Positions 21,351 through 31,222 of a stretch of DNA of 64,000 nt are shown one piece after another. Below the pieces are notes generated by a model. It saw nothing but the letters and a program-made list of their open reading frames with translations. It had not been told where the DNA came from and did no database searches. This DNA is from Escherichia phage SUSP2. Location of the stretch: the sequence record KT454806; one strand, written 5' to 3'. The position numbers were made by a program, and so were the translations under genes. Within the stretch, counting starts at the first letter, position 1; the number at the start of each line of letters is the position of its first letter.

Positions 21351-21626
21351 ATGTTAGAACTCATTCAAGATGCAAGGGGCAGAGAACCAAACTGTGCTTT
21401 GTATCTGTATTATATTCCAAGACAGTCTCTATATTATATTGCAGACTATCACCTGAAAGTTAAAATGCCAGATGGTTCTTGGAAAGAGCATCTTCGTTAC
21501 ATTGATTGCTTCAACCCAAGCAACACTTATGCAAGGTCTCTTGACATGTTTAAAGTTGACCGTTGGCAAGTTTTAACAGCGTCAGAAGCCAGAGAATTTT
21601 ATGAAACAGGAAACCTACCACTATGA
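21351..21626 (+). CDS. hypothetical protein
   Basis: 91 aa between nrdA and nrdB. Confidence 0.45.
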   Translation: MLELIQDARGREPNCALYLYYIPRQSLYYIADYHLKVKMPDGSWKEHLRYIDCFNPSNTYARSLDMFKVDRWQVLTASEAREFYETGNLPL

Positions 21627-22696
21627 TTAACCAACATCCAATCTTTTTAGGTGGTGAGCGAAAAACTTTTGACTCACTCAATAAACACTATCCAAAAATC
21701 TTTGAACTGTACAAACAGCAGAAAGCACAAGACTGGTCTGAAGATGAGTTCCCGTTTGAGCAGTCACGATTAGATTTTGAAAGCGTTCCAGAATCAATGT
21801 CTGGTGTAATGCTTGAGATTCTTAAGTGGCAGTGGGAAGCTGATACACAGGTTGCTAAAAGTTTGGCATTTGCTTTTGCACCATTCATCTCTGATGATAT
21901 CTACGCAACGGCAATTATGAAGCAATCTGAAATTGAGAACCTTCATGCCTTGACTTATTCAGAGATTGTTCGTCAGTGCATCAAGAATCCTGAAACAATC
22001 CTTGATGAGATTAACCAGAATGCTGCTGTACAAGACCGTCTGAAGACTGTGAACAGAGCACTGGAAGAACTACTTGACGAAGGTATCAACTATCGTCTAG
22101 GTTATGTTCGTGATTCACTGCTTGAGAAAGACCCTTTACACTTCCACAAAGTGATTTTGAAAGGTCTCTTTGCAGTAACAGCCTTGGAAGGTGTATCCTT
22201 TATGGCATCCTTTGCATGTACCTTTGCACTTGATGCACAAGATAAGTTCCAAGGTATTGCTCAGGCAGTACAGAAAATTATGCTTGATGAAATCCTTCAC
22301 ACGAAGATTGACATTGAAGCACTGAAAGAAACTTTGAAAGATGAAGAGTGGCAAGAAGCTTTCCGTCAGGTTCTTCCAGAAATCAAAGTAATTCTTGATG
22401 AAGTAGTTGAAAGTGAAGAGAAATGGTCTTATTATATTTTCTCTGAAGGTCGTGCCGTAGTTGGTTTGAATACAAAACTTCTGCATGAGTGGGTTTACTA
22501 TAATGCTGCACCATTGTATGATATGTTTGGTATTCCAAGAGACTTCGTAGCTCCTAAAGAACCACCTTTGAAATACATGATTAAGAAGATGGAAATTGAT
22601 AAAGAGCAGAATGCTAACCAAGAACAGCAAAACGGTGCGTACTTGTTGAATACCGTTGTAGATGATTTAAACTCAGGATATTTAGAGGTTCCTTAA
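21623..22696 (+). CDS. nrdB: class I ribonucleotide reductase small subunit
   Basis: 357 aa all-helical protein immediately after nrdA; size and position fit R2. Confidence 0.8.
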   Translation: MINQHPIFLGGERKTFDSLNKHYPKIFELYKQQKAQDWSEDEFPFEQSRLDFESVPESMSGVMLEILKWQWEADTQVAKSLAFAFAPFISDDIYATAIMKQSEIENLHALTYSEIVRQCIKNPETILDEINQNAAVQDRLKTVNRALEELLDEGINYRLGYVRDSLLEKDPLHFHKVILKGLFAVTALEGVSFMASFACTFALDAQDKFQGIAQAVQKIMLDEILHTKIDIEALKETLKDEEWQEAFRQVLPEIKVILDEVVESEEKWSYYIFSEGRAVVGLNTKLLHEWVYYNAAPLYDMFGIPRDFVAPKEPPLKYMIKKMEIDKEQNANQEQQNGAYLLNTVVDDLNSGYLEVP

Positions 22697-22938
22697 TGAC
22701 TTACGTAATTTACTCCAAAACTGGTTGCCCTCAGTGTGAAACTGCAAAGAACTTTGCAAAGGCTCGTGGTATTGACCACGTTGTAAGAATGTTAGGGCAG
22801 GATTATGAACTGTCAGACCTGATGGATATTGCACAGATGCCAGTTCGTCAGATGCCATTTATCATGAAGACTGATGATACTGTTCTTACGCCAGTTGGAA
22901 CACTACAAAACTTTATGGCAGAGGTGAACAATGCTTAA
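22696..22938 (+). CDS. nrdH: glutaredoxin-like protein (NrdH-type redoxin)
   Basis: 80 aa; CPQCETAK near N-terminus; follows nrdB. Confidence 0.6.
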   Translation: MTYVIYSKTGCPQCETAKNFAKARGIDHVVRMLGQDYELSDLMDIAQMPVRQMPFIMKTDDTVLTPVGTLQNFMAEVNNA

Positions 22939-23137
22939 GCGTTTGTGGGAAGGTTTCACAGTTGATGCACCGATGATTGTCTTAGGTTTCTTCTTTGTGA
23001 ACCTGTTTATTGATATCAAACAAGGCGCTTTGTTTGGTGCTATGCTAGTATGGGTAATCTTTGAGATTCTAGAAATCCATCTTGACATTAGCGGCAAACT
23101 CAAAAAGTTTGTTGAGAAGATTTTCAAAAAGAATTAA
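22931..23137 (+). CDS. small membrane protein
   Basis: 68 aa with two hydrophobic segments. Confidence 0.4.
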   Translation: MLKRLWEGFTVDAPMIVLGFFFVNLFIDIKQGALFGAMLVWVIFEILEIHLDISGKLKKFVEKIFKKN

Positions 23138-23143
23138 TATAAG

Positions 23144-23164
23144 GGTCTCTTCGGAGACCTTTTT
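23144..23164 (+). terminator. rho-independent terminator
   Basis: GGTCTC-ttcg-GAGACC plus TTTTT. Confidence 0.7.
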
Positions 23165-23183
23165 CGTATATAAAGGAGCACAA

Positions 23184-25325
23184 ATGGTCAAAGTACAAAT
23201 TATTAAAAAGAATGGCTCACTTGAAGAACCAGACATTAAGAAAGTCCTAGCAGCAGTTACAAAGTCAGCTAACCGAGTTGGCTATAAAGAACTCCCGTTA
23301 GAAGTTGTTCATGCTCTTGAGTCAGCTTTTATGCGGATTCTTGTAAAGGCTTCTAACCAGAATGCTTTGCTGATTTCTGTAGATGACATTCACAGCATTG
23401 TTGAAGGGGCTTTAGCAGAAGTTAATCACGAGATTTATGAATCTTATTCAACCTATCGTAACTATCGTAAAGAGGTTGCACAGAATTGGGATGAACTCTA
23501 TCAGAAGACTAAAGATACCCTCTTCTTAGGTGACCGTGAGAATGCTAACTTTGACAGCAGCTTAATCTCTACAAAGGGTTCTATTATCCGTGGGTATCTG
23601 ACTAAAGAAATCTTCAAGCAGTATCACTTGACACCAGAAGAACTCGAAGCTATTGAAGCAGGTTTCATCTACATTCATGACCTGAGAGATTTGGTATTTG
23701 GTGGTATTAACTGTTGTCTGTTTGATATTGGTAAAGTCCTGAAAGGTGGCTTTGAAATGTCAGGGATTGAATATTGTGAACCTAAATCTGTTCTGTCAGC
23801 TTTACAGGTTATTGGTGATGTTGTATTGTCAGCAACTGCACAGCAGTTTGGTGGATTCACAATCCCAGAGATTGACAAGATTCTTGTACCATATGCTAAG
23901 AAGTCTCTACGTTACCATGCTGAGAAAGCAACCTCTTACGGGATTCCTAAAGAGCATTACTACAACTATGTAATGGAGCAGCTACAGATTGAGCTAACTC
24001 AAGGCTTTCAGTCACTGGAGATGAAGCTGAACACTGTACCTTGCAGCCGTGGTGACTTTGCATTCACAACTTTAACATTTGGTTTACTTGGTTCAGATAT
24101 GTCTGATGAAGATAACCGTCTTCAGTATATGATTGCAAACACTATTCTTGATGTTCGTATGAATGGTCAAGGAAAGAACAAGAAGCCTGTTGTATTCCCT
24201 AAATTGGTTTACATTCATGACCACACAAGACACAGTGAAGATATCTGTCAAGGGCAACTGTACAATAAAGCTATCGAGTGTTGCTCTAAAGCAATGTACC
24301 CAGACTTCTTGAGTGTATCCGGTCATGGTGCTGTTGCAGAATCTTTTGAACGTTCTGGTAAGGTTATTTCACCGATGGGTTGTCGAGCTTTCCTGTCACC
24401 ATACTATGACGAAAATGGAGAAGAGTTCTGCGTTGGTCGTGCAAATATTGGTGCAGTGTCTTTGAACTTGCCAATGATTTACCAGTATGCTAAAGAGAAT
24501 GGTTTAGACTTCTGGAAAGAGCTTGACAAATACCTTGAAATGATTCGTAGCTTCCATAAGAAACGCTATGAGATGATTGCTAATATGCCAGCAAGTTCAA
24601 ACCCTCTGGCATTTACACAAGGTGGCCTGTACAAAGGGGATAAGAAGCCAACTGATAAGATTGGGTGGGATACTGTGAAATCCTTCACAGCTTCTTTCGG
24701 TGTAACCGCACTTGATGAACTCTCTGTACTGGCTGGAGAAGGTAGACTGCATGAATCTCAGAAAGTGATTGCACAGCAAGTTCTGGACTACCTGAATGAC
24801 CGTCTGGCGAACTTTAAAGAGCAAGATGGCTTCTTGTATGCCCTTTATGGTACACCTGCTGAGAGCCTTTGTGGGACGCAATTGAAGCAGTTCCGTAATA
24901 TGTTTGGTGTTGTGAAAGATGTTTCTGATAAAGAATACTTCACTAACAGTTTCCATATGAACGTTGCAGCAGATATTACTCCGTATCAGAAGCAAGACTT
25001 GGAAGAACCTCTGTTCCATAGCTGTAACGGTGGTCACATCCAGTACATTCGTCTTGCTAATCCAGAGAATCATAAAGCTATCAAGGCTTGTGTCTCAAGA
25101 GGTATGGGTAAGGGATTCTATCAAGGTGTGAACTTTGACTTAGCAATCTGTGAGAATTGTGGTCATCGTCCTAATGCAGACGTTGAAGAGTGTCCTAAGT
25201 GTCATTCACATGATATCTCAGTCATTAACCGTGTTTGTGGTTACCTTGGATGGACTAAAATCAAGGGAACTTCAAGAATGAATGATGCAAAGATTGCTGA
25301 AATTCGTGACAGAAAATCTATGTAA
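23184..25325 (+). CDS. nrdD: anaerobic (class III) ribonucleotide reductase
   Basis: Start after AAGGAG; ATP-cone-like N-terminus; C-terminal zinc ribbon CENCGH..CPKCHSHD and glycyl-radical motif RVCGYLGW. Confidence 0.9.
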   Translation: MVKVQIIKKNGSLEEPDIKKVLAAVTKSANRVGYKELPLEVVHALESAFMRILVKASNQNALLISVDDIHSIVEGALAEVNHEIYESYSTYRNYRKEVAQNWDELYQKTKDTLFLGDRENANFDSSLISTKGSIIRGYLTKEIFKQYHLTPEELEAIEAGFIYIHDLRDLVFGGINCCLFDIGKVLKGGFEMSGIEYCEPKSVLSALQVIGDVVLSATAQQFGGFTIPEIDKILVPYAKKSLRYHAEKATSYGIPKEHYYNYVMEQLQIELTQGFQSLEMKLNTVPCSRGDFAFTTLTFGLLGSDMSDEDNRLQYMIANTILDVRMNGQGKNKKPVVFPKLVYIHDHTRHSEDICQGQLYNKAIECCSKAMYPDFLSVSGHGAVAESFERSGKVISPMGCRAFLSPYYDENGEEFCVGRANIGAVSLNLPMIYQYAKENGLDFWKELDKYLEMIRSFHKKRYEMIANMPASSNPLAFTQGGLYKGDKKPTDKIGWDTVKSFTASFGVTALDELSVLAGEGRLHESQKVIAQQVLDYLNDRLANFKEQDGFLYALYGTPAESLCGTQLKQFRNMFGVVKDVSDKEYFTNSFHMNVAADITPYQKQDLEEPLFHSCNGGHIQYIRLANPENHKAIKACVSRGMGKGFYQGVNFDLAICENCGHRPNADVEECPKCHSHDISVINRVCGYLGWTKIKGTSRMNDAKIAEIRDRKSM

Positions 25326-25480
25326 ATAGTTGACAAGGTGGTGTAGGTCTTGATAGGCTTGCATCACCTTTTTTATTGGATGTTGGATATGGCAGAGAAC
25401 ATCATTGGTTTATTCATCGGTTCTGTCTTACTAGGGTTCTTTCTAGGACTCCTTTATTGTGAATTAAGAGGAAAGTTAAA

Positions 25481-25879
25481 ATGTTTAAAATCTCCAAAGC
25501 GTTAATGGAAGTGCTGAAAGAATGCACGTTAGATGATGGAAAGTGTGAGAAAGAGCATCGTCGTGGCTCAAGCTTTTACATCACCAGTGAACTCACAATC
25601 ACTCAAGAGCTAATTGACTCAATCAAAGAGGATGAAAACTTAGTAGTTCCTGATTGGTTACTTGATAAAATTATTATAATCACAGGTACTTGGACTGATG
25701 ATTGGGGAACCGAGATTGGTGATATCTCGTTCTACAGCTACATTCAGAAGATGAATCCTAAGTATGTGGCCTTGATGACTGCTGCACAAGATAGTAAAAT
25801 CTTGCAAGACTTTATTTACAAGCACTGTCCAGAATATGTCATGTCTTATGAAAAGATTGAAGTGGAGGTAGTAGAATGA
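25481..25879 (+). CDS. hypothetical protein
   Basis: 132 aa between nrdD and nrdG. Confidence 0.5.
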   Translation: MFKISKALMEVLKECTLDDGKCEKEHRRGSSFYITSELTITQELIDSIKEDENLVVPDWLLDKIIIITGTWTDDWGTEIGDISFYSYIQKMNPKYVALMTAAQDSKILQDFIYKHCPEYVMSYEKIEVEVVE

Positions 25880-26361
25880 ATTTTATGGAAATTCGAGAGT
25901 TCGATACAGCTAATGGTGAAGGTGCTCGTGTAAGTATCTTTGTAGCTGGTTGCAAGCATCACTGTGAAGGTTGTTTCAACAAAGAATCTTGGAAATTCAA
26001 TGCAGGTAAAGAGTTTACTGGTTTTGATATGGCTGATATCTTAGCTATGTTGAAAGATGATGGTATAGAAGGTTTGTCAGTGTTAGGTGGCGAACCTTTA
26101 GAAGAACGAAACATTGACACTGTAGCGTATATCTGCAAGACTGTTAAAGAGCATTATCCAGAGAAATCTATCTGGCTTTGGACAGGTTTCCAACTTCATC
26201 AAAAAATTCACCATGAAGTGATGAAATATGTTGACGTGGTGATTGATGGTAAGTATGATGCTTCTAAACCAACGAACAAACCGTATCGTGGTTCTGATAA
26301 CCAAAACCTTTGGAGAAAAGAATATGGGTGGCAAGGTGATTGTCAATGGAGAGCTGAGTAA
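25876..26361 (+). CDS. nrdG: anaerobic RNR activating enzyme (radical SAM)
   Basis: AGCKHHCEGCFN cysteine cluster; 161 aa; downstream of nrdD. Confidence 0.8.
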   Translation: MNFMEIREFDTANGEGARVSIFVAGCKHHCEGCFNKESWKFNAGKEFTGFDMADILAMLKDDGIEGLSVLGGEPLEERNIDTVAYICKTVKEHYPEKSIWLWTGFQLHQKIHHEVMKYVDVVIDGKYDASKPTNKPYRGSDNQNLWRKEYGWQGDCQWRAE

Positions 26362-26641
26362 AGGTTTCCAAAAAGGAGAGATTCCAGTAATTGGTTGCAA
26401 CATGTCTGTGCTTGGTCAATATAAAGTGAATCAAGACAAACTGGAAGACTGGAAAGATTATACTCAGTCACTGTTTGGTAGTACAGGTCAGAGTGCTCTG
26501 GCAGAGATTGAAAAAGCTGGAACCTTTAAAGTAAAATTCAAAGGCCACAACTCCAATTTCTACATCACAAACCTTGTTGTAGGTGGTTCTGTTGTCGGGA
26601 TTACAGAAGAAGAACTTACACGGTTCTGCATCAAACTTTAA
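26324..26641 (+). CDS. hypothetical protein
   Basis: 105 aa from GGAGAAAAG-preceded ATG overlapping nrdG 3' end. Confidence 0.4.
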   Translation: MGGKVIVNGELSKGFQKGEIPVIGCNMSVLGQYKVNQDKLEDWKDYTQSLFGSTGQSALAEIEKAGTFKVKFKGHNSNFYITNLVVGGSVVGITEEELTRFCIKL

Positions 26642-26658
26642 AAGAGAGAGAGATTAAA

Positions 26659-26904
26659 ATGGGAATTTTTAGCAATATGAAAGCTGGTTTCTTAGCGGCA
26701 CTGGCAAAAGCAGCAGCAATCGTCTCTATGACGGGTAAGCAAGTTGGTGTAGATGCTTCAGCAGTTGCACAGGTTCTTGCAAGCCAAATTGAACAGCAGC
26801 CTTACATCCACGTTGGACGTGGAAAAGGTGGTAAAAAACAAGCCCACCGTCAGACTGGTGCAGCAGCTATTAAACGTGCAGCTAAGAAAGCACGTAACAA
26901 ATAA
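26659..26904 (+). CDS. hypothetical protein (hydrophobic N-terminus, basic C-terminus)
   Basis: 81 aa. Confidence 0.45.
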   Translation: MGIFSNMKAGFLAALAKAAAIVSMTGKQVGVDASAVAQVLASQIEQQPYIHVGRGKGGKKQAHRQTGAAAIKRAAKKARNK

Positions 26905-26915
26905 GGAAAATTGTC

Positions 26916-27227
26916 ATGAGCAAGATTTATAACACTCGTAAGCTTCAGATTTTAATGCTTTGCCAGTTCATGTATGACAAACACAATGCACACTATTGTG
27001 GTACAGGCTTTTTAGCTTTTGGTGGTGAGTATACACCATTCAAAAAGGCTGTTGAGATGTATAATTCACAGAGTGAATCTGATAAAGAATTGCATCAACT
27101 GAAGTTGACTTATGACAAAAAGCACAAGAAGATTGTGTGTACAAACAACCTTGTCAAGCCATCTGAATCACTTAAGACAGATGTAAGCCAAGAAGACTTT
27201 ATGAGAGTCTTGAAAGAGCTTCAGTAA
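26916..27227 (+). CDS. hypothetical protein
   Basis: 103 aa. Confidence 0.45.
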   Translation: MSKIYNTRKLQILMLCQFMYDKHNAHYCGTGFLAFGGEYTPFKKAVEMYNSQSESDKELHQLKLTYDKKHKKIVCTNNLVKPSESLKTDVSQEDFMRVLKELQ

Positions 27228-27240
27228 TAAGTTATGATTA

Positions 27241-27265
27241 GGGAACTGTAAAAGGTTCCCTTTTT
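27241..27265 (+). terminator. rho-independent terminator
   Basis: GGGAAC-tgtaaaa-GGTTCCC plus TTTTT. Confidence 0.6.
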
Positions 27266-27279
27266 ATTTTGGAGAGAAA

Positions 27280-27795
27280 ATGTACTTATCTAACTTGAAA
27301 CGTGCTGCTGCAATGTCTGTTCTAAGACTTGACTTTGATGAACGTCAAGAGTTTATTGATTCCCATCAGTATGACCCTTCCAATTCTAATCACATGGTTC
27401 TCTGGAATCGTGGGAAGTTCCGTGACAGTTCCCTCTTTGCATACTACCCTCACTATACAATTGACAACCTCTATGAGTACTGTGTTGTCAAGAACACTAT
27501 TGCAACTCTTAACAAGCTTTGTCGTTATTCTGGCAAGCAAGCCTTTACATTAGGCCACCACAAGCCCGTTACAAAAGGTGGTGAGCATCACTGTGCAAAC
27601 TGGTTTATCCAGACTAAGATTGATAACCAGAAGCAAGGTGAGAGGGTTTTAGATACTCCAAAGATGACTTATGAAGAACAAAAAGAGTATCTAAGAAATA
27701 ATATGCCACCAATGCTTGACAGGGAATATGTAGTTCTGGCAATATCTCTCCTGTTGAAATTCGAGACTGTTTATAAGGCGACTTATCATGGCTAG
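27280..27795 (+). CDS. hypothetical protein
   Basis: 171 aa; GHHKPVTKGGEHHCANW segment could be a degenerate HNH-like site. Confidence 0.5.
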   Translation: MYLSNLKRAAAMSVLRLDFDERQEFIDSHQYDPSNSNHMVLWNRGKFRDSSLFAYYPHYTIDNLYEYCVVKNTIATLNKLCRYSGKQAFTLGHHKPVTKGGEHHCANWFIQTKIDNQKQGERVLDTPKMTYEEQKEYLRNNMPPMLDREYVVLAISLLLKFETVYKATYHG

Positions 27796-28066
27796 AGCAG
27801 ATTGGGAAATAAAAGACCTTGTAAGTGAGGCTGGCAATGGTTGTGAGATGTATATGATTCGTGGTCATGTACCAGACTCATTAGCACTTGAGATGATTGA
27901 CCATCACACAAATGGATTCTACAAAGAACTTGGTGAACCAAATGTTGAACGCACTTGGACAAAACCAGTACCGGATGGCACAGGCAACTGTTCGGTTATC
28001 TATCACATTGTGAATCCACAAAAATGTAAAACAGCTATGGCTGTAACCTTCGTAACTTTTGATTGA
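27788..28066 (+). CDS. hypothetical protein
   Basis: 92 aa. Confidence 0.4.
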   Translation: MARADWEIKDLVSEAGNGCEMYMIRGHVPDSLALEMIDHHTNGFYKELGEPNVERTWTKPVPDGTGNCSVIYHIVNPQKCKTAMAVTFVTFD

Positions 28067-28078
28067 GAGAGATTAAAG

Positions 28079-28960
28079 ATGAAAACTATTATTACCGTAC
28101 TGTTGCACTCACAGAAGAAAGGTGCTCACCAAGAAGAGTTCAACATTATCCAGTTCCCGTCTGGAGAAATCGGTGGAAACTTCTCCGAAGAACTAGTGAC
28201 CTATGCTGAAAAGAATGCTTCCCAGATTGAGAACGTCATCTTCACTGTACAGGGTTACAACAAAGATACTCTGTTTGCTTTAGCTCTGGCAAAAGAAGCT
28301 ATTGATAAACTAATTCCTCAGAAAGCAACGATGAAGACTGTCATTTTTGCTTATCTGCCAAATGCTCGTTATGACCGTCACATGTTTAAAGGTGATGCAG
28401 CAGCACTGAAGGTGTTTGCAAATCTTGTCAATGCAATGGATTTTGATGCAGTATGTGCTCTGGATGCTCATAGTGATGTTGCAGATAACTTGTTCAAATG
28501 CTTTCAGAACATCCCTCAAAAAGAGGTTGCAGCACACTATGCAAGTGAGCCAACTATTGATTTCTTGGTAGCACCAGACGCAGGAGCAGCTAAGAAGATT
28601 GCAGAGACGGCTAAAGAGGTTGATAAACCTTACGTAACAATGGCTAAGGTTCGAGACCTGAAGACTGGTGAGATTACAGGTATGCGTCTGCTTGACGATG
28701 TAGACCTGACTGGTAAAACTGTTCTCATTATTGATGATATCTGTGATGGTGGTCGTACATTCATTGAAGCAGCCAAGTATCTTCGTGAAGCTGGAGCAGC
28801 TAAAGTTGAACTGTATGTAACACACGGTATTTTCTCAAAAGGTGTTGAAAACCTGCTTGACAATGGGATTTCACACATCTACACTACAGACTCTTTAGGC
28901 AGTTCGAAAGACCGTGGTCTTACTCATTTCGGTCAAGTAACTGTAGCAAACATTTACTAA
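28079..28960 (+). CDS. prs: ribose-phosphate pyrophosphokinase (PRPP synthetase)
   Basis: 293 aa; TVLIIDDICDGGRTFIEAAKYLREAGA is the type I PRTase PRPP-binding loop, close to E. coli Prs. Confidence 0.8.
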   Translation: MKTIITVLLHSQKKGAHQEEFNIIQFPSGEIGGNFSEELVTYAEKNASQIENVIFTVQGYNKDTLFALALAKEAIDKLIPQKATMKTVIFAYLPNARYDRHMFKGDAAALKVFANLVNAMDFDAVCALDAHSDVADNLFKCFQNIPQKEVAAHYASEPTIDFLVAPDAGAAKKIAETAKEVDKPYVTMAKVRDLKTGEITGMRLLDDVDLTGKTVLIIDDICDGGRTFIEAAKYLREAGAAKVELYVTHGIFSKGVENLLDNGISHIYTTDSLGSSKDRGLTHFGQVTVANIY

Positions 28961-28969
28961 AATTAATCA

Positions 28970-28985
28970 GGGGCTGAAAAGCCCC
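28970..28985 (+). terminator. hairpin (weak terminator)
   Basis: GGGGCT-gaaaa-GCCCC with poor T-run. Confidence 0.4.
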
Positions 28986-29006
28986 ACTTTGAGAGAGATT
29001 AAAAAC

Positions 29007-30833
29007 ATGTCTAAATCAATCTATGCAGTTCCAGCAGGTCTTAATGCAGATGCTTACAAAGCTGGTCACATCTACCAGTATCCAAGTGCAACTCAGTATC
29101 TGATGCTGAACCTTACACCTCGTGGTGATAAGTGGTTCAACACTCCTTTGGAGACTGATGGTGTAGTTGCTTTTGGTATCCAACGTTTTGTGAAAGATTA
29201 TCTGGTAGACCACTGGAATGCAACGTTCTTTGAACGTGATAAGAAAGAAGCCGTTGATGAAATCTTAGAAATCATGAATGGTGTACTTGGTGCAGATGCC
29301 ATTGGTCGCCAACATTGGGAAGAACTTCACGACTTAGGTTATCTGCCAGTGGCAGTATACTCTGTTGAAGAAGGTACAATTGTCCCTATGCGTGTTCCAA
29401 TGATTATCTTCAAAAATACCGTTGAAGGTTTCCATTGGGTAGCTGGTTATCTGGAAGATGCTTTCTCTGCTGAAATCTGGAAAGCTTGTACCATTGCAAC
29501 TATTGCATTACATTACAAACGTATCTGTAAAGGTTGGGCTGACAAGACTTGTGACAATGACTTCCATCTGCCTTGGCAGTGTCACGACTTTGCAATGCGT
29601 GGTATGTCTGGTTTCACAGACGATGCCTTCAATGCTGTAGGCCATCTTACCAGCTTCAAAGGTACTGATAGCTTCCCTGCTGTGTATACTGCTAAACGTG
29701 CATATGGACAGTTCATGACTGTAAGTGATATTGGTAACTCTGTTCCAGCAACTGAACACTCTGTGATGTGTGCAAACATTGCATGGAATATGAAAGACCT
29801 GTCAGAAGATGATATTCACTCACAGTATATTATGCAGTCTGATAGCTTACTGGATGCTAAACGTTGGCGTGGTGAGGTTAAAACCTTTGAACATCTTTTG
29901 GTAGATGTTTATCCAACTGGTATTGCAAGTGTTGTTTCTGATACTTACAACTTCTGGCGCACAGTTACAGAGGTTCTCCCAGAACTTCGTGAAGTAATCC
30001 TGAAACGAGATGGAAAACTGGTAATCCGTCCAGACTCTGGTGACCCTGTACACATTGTTACTGGCTATCGTGCAATTGAGTGGGAAAATGCTAAAAGTAT
30101 GTATTACAAACATATGTCAACCATTTCCCCTAACAACACTTATCTGCTTGATGCAATCTTGAATTGTAGCATGTCAGATATGGGTTATGGTTTCTCTGCT
30201 TGGTTAATCTCTGAAGGTTATGAGTTAGTTGTTGATGCAGAAGACTTTAACGTTGCTGATACAGTTAATCTGAAAGAAACTTACAAGACTGGTAAAGTTG
30301 TTGTTAAACGTATGCTGACAGCAGAAATTGATGGTGCTATCAAGACTCTATACAATATCTTTGGTGGAACTGTAAACGCTAAAGGCTACAAAGTTCTTGA
30401 TGAGCACATTGGCTTAATCTACGGTGATTCTATCACTCTGGAACGTGCTGAAGAGATTCTTAGTCGTCTTGCTGAAAAGGGCTTTGCAAGTTCTAACGTT
30501 GTTTTTGGTGTTGGTTCATACACTTACCAGTACCTGACTCGTGATACCTTTGCATTCGCTGTCAAAGCAACTCTTGCACAGATAGATGGGGAAGAAATCA
30601 TGCTGGCAAAAGACCCTAAAACTGATAGTGGTCTGAAGAAGTCTGCTTTTGGCGGTGTAGTCCCTATGTGGGATGGTGATAAGCTGGAAGCTGTAGATGG
30701 TTTTGGTTTTGCAGAATTTGAAAGCGTACTAGATAACCCTCAGTGTGCTCTGAAGTTGGTATTCTGTGACTCTCAGCCATATGGCTACGTTAATCTTCGT
30801 GATGTACGAAATGTTATTGACAGACAGCTTTAA
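29007..30833 (+). CDS. nadV: nicotinamide phosphoribosyltransferase (NAMPT)
   Basis: C-terminal GDSITLERAEEIL..VVFGVGSYTYQYLTRDTFAFAVKAT..AKDPKTDSGLKKSAFGG resembles the human NAMPT GDGVD..AFGSGGGLLQKLTRD..FKDPVAD block. Confidence 0.85.
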   Translation: MSKSIYAVPAGLNADAYKAGHIYQYPSATQYLMLNLTPRGDKWFNTPLETDGVVAFGIQRFVKDYLVDHWNATFFERDKKEAVDEILEIMNGVLGADAIGRQHWEELHDLGYLPVAVYSVEEGTIVPMRVPMIIFKNTVEGFHWVAGYLEDAFSAEIWKACTIATIALHYKRICKGWADKTCDNDFHLPWQCHDFAMRGMSGFTDDAFNAVGHLTSFKGTDSFPAVYTAKRAYGQFMTVSDIGNSVPATEHSVMCANIAWNMKDLSEDDIHSQYIMQSDSLLDAKRWRGEVKTFEHLLVDVYPTGIASVVSDTYNFWRTVTEVLPELREVILKRDGKLVIRPDSGDPVHIVTGYRAIEWENAKSMYYKHMSTISPNNTYLLDAILNCSMSDMGYGFSAWLISEGYELVVDAEDFNVADTVNLKETYKTGKVVVKRMLTAEIDGAIKTLYNIFGGTVNAKGYKVLDEHIGLIYGDSITLERAEEILSRLAEKGFASSNVVFGVGSYTYQYLTRDTFAFAVKATLAQIDGEEIMLAKDPKTDSGLKKSAFGGVVPMWDGDKLEAVDGFGFAEFESVLDNPQCALKLVFCDSQPYGYVNLRDVRNVIDRQL

Positions 30834-30848
30834 ATAAGTATTATAAGA

Positions 30849-30869
30849 GGCTCCTACGGGAGCCTTTTT
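30849..30869 (+). terminator. rho-independent terminator
   Basis: GGCTCC-tacg-GGAGCC plus TTTTT. Confidence 0.7.
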
Positions 30870-30886
30870 AATTTCTGGAGAATGCT

Positions 30887-31222
30887 ATGAAAATCAAACA
30901 GATGAATATTAATATGGTCTTAGAAGAAAATTGGGATGATATCAAACGCCCTGAAGATGGTCACAAGTTCATTAATCAAATCTTGGTAGCAGCAAGAGAT
31001 GAACTTCAAGGTGAAGTGGTTGCCACGCTGACTATGAAGATTTACGTTAAAGGTCTTCCACAAAATCACCAATTAGCACTTGACCAATTCTTAGACGGAT
31101 TCTATAATCCGAACAAAACAATACTAGAAGAGAACTTTGCAGTTGCCTCAAGTATTGTTCATGACCGTAGTTTCATTCTGTACAAACATGTTGGAGAAAA
31201 GTTATGCAAGGTTATTGGTTAG
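30887..31222 (+). CDS. hypothetical protein
   Basis: 111 aa. Confidence 0.45.
   Translation: MKIKQMNINMVLEENWDDIKRPEDGHKFINQILVAARDELQGEVVATLTMKIYVKGLPQNHQLALDQFLDGFYNPNKTILEENFAVASSIVHDRSFILYKHVGEKLCKVIG

Noticed and set aside
22136-22630. 164 aa antisense ORF within nrdB
   Set aside because: Contained within a confidently assigned gene on the opposite strand; hydrophobic low-complexity translation.
28310-28878. Antisense ORFs within the PRPP synthetase gene
   Set aside because: Cys-rich junk translation opposite a gene with a clear PRPP-binding motif.
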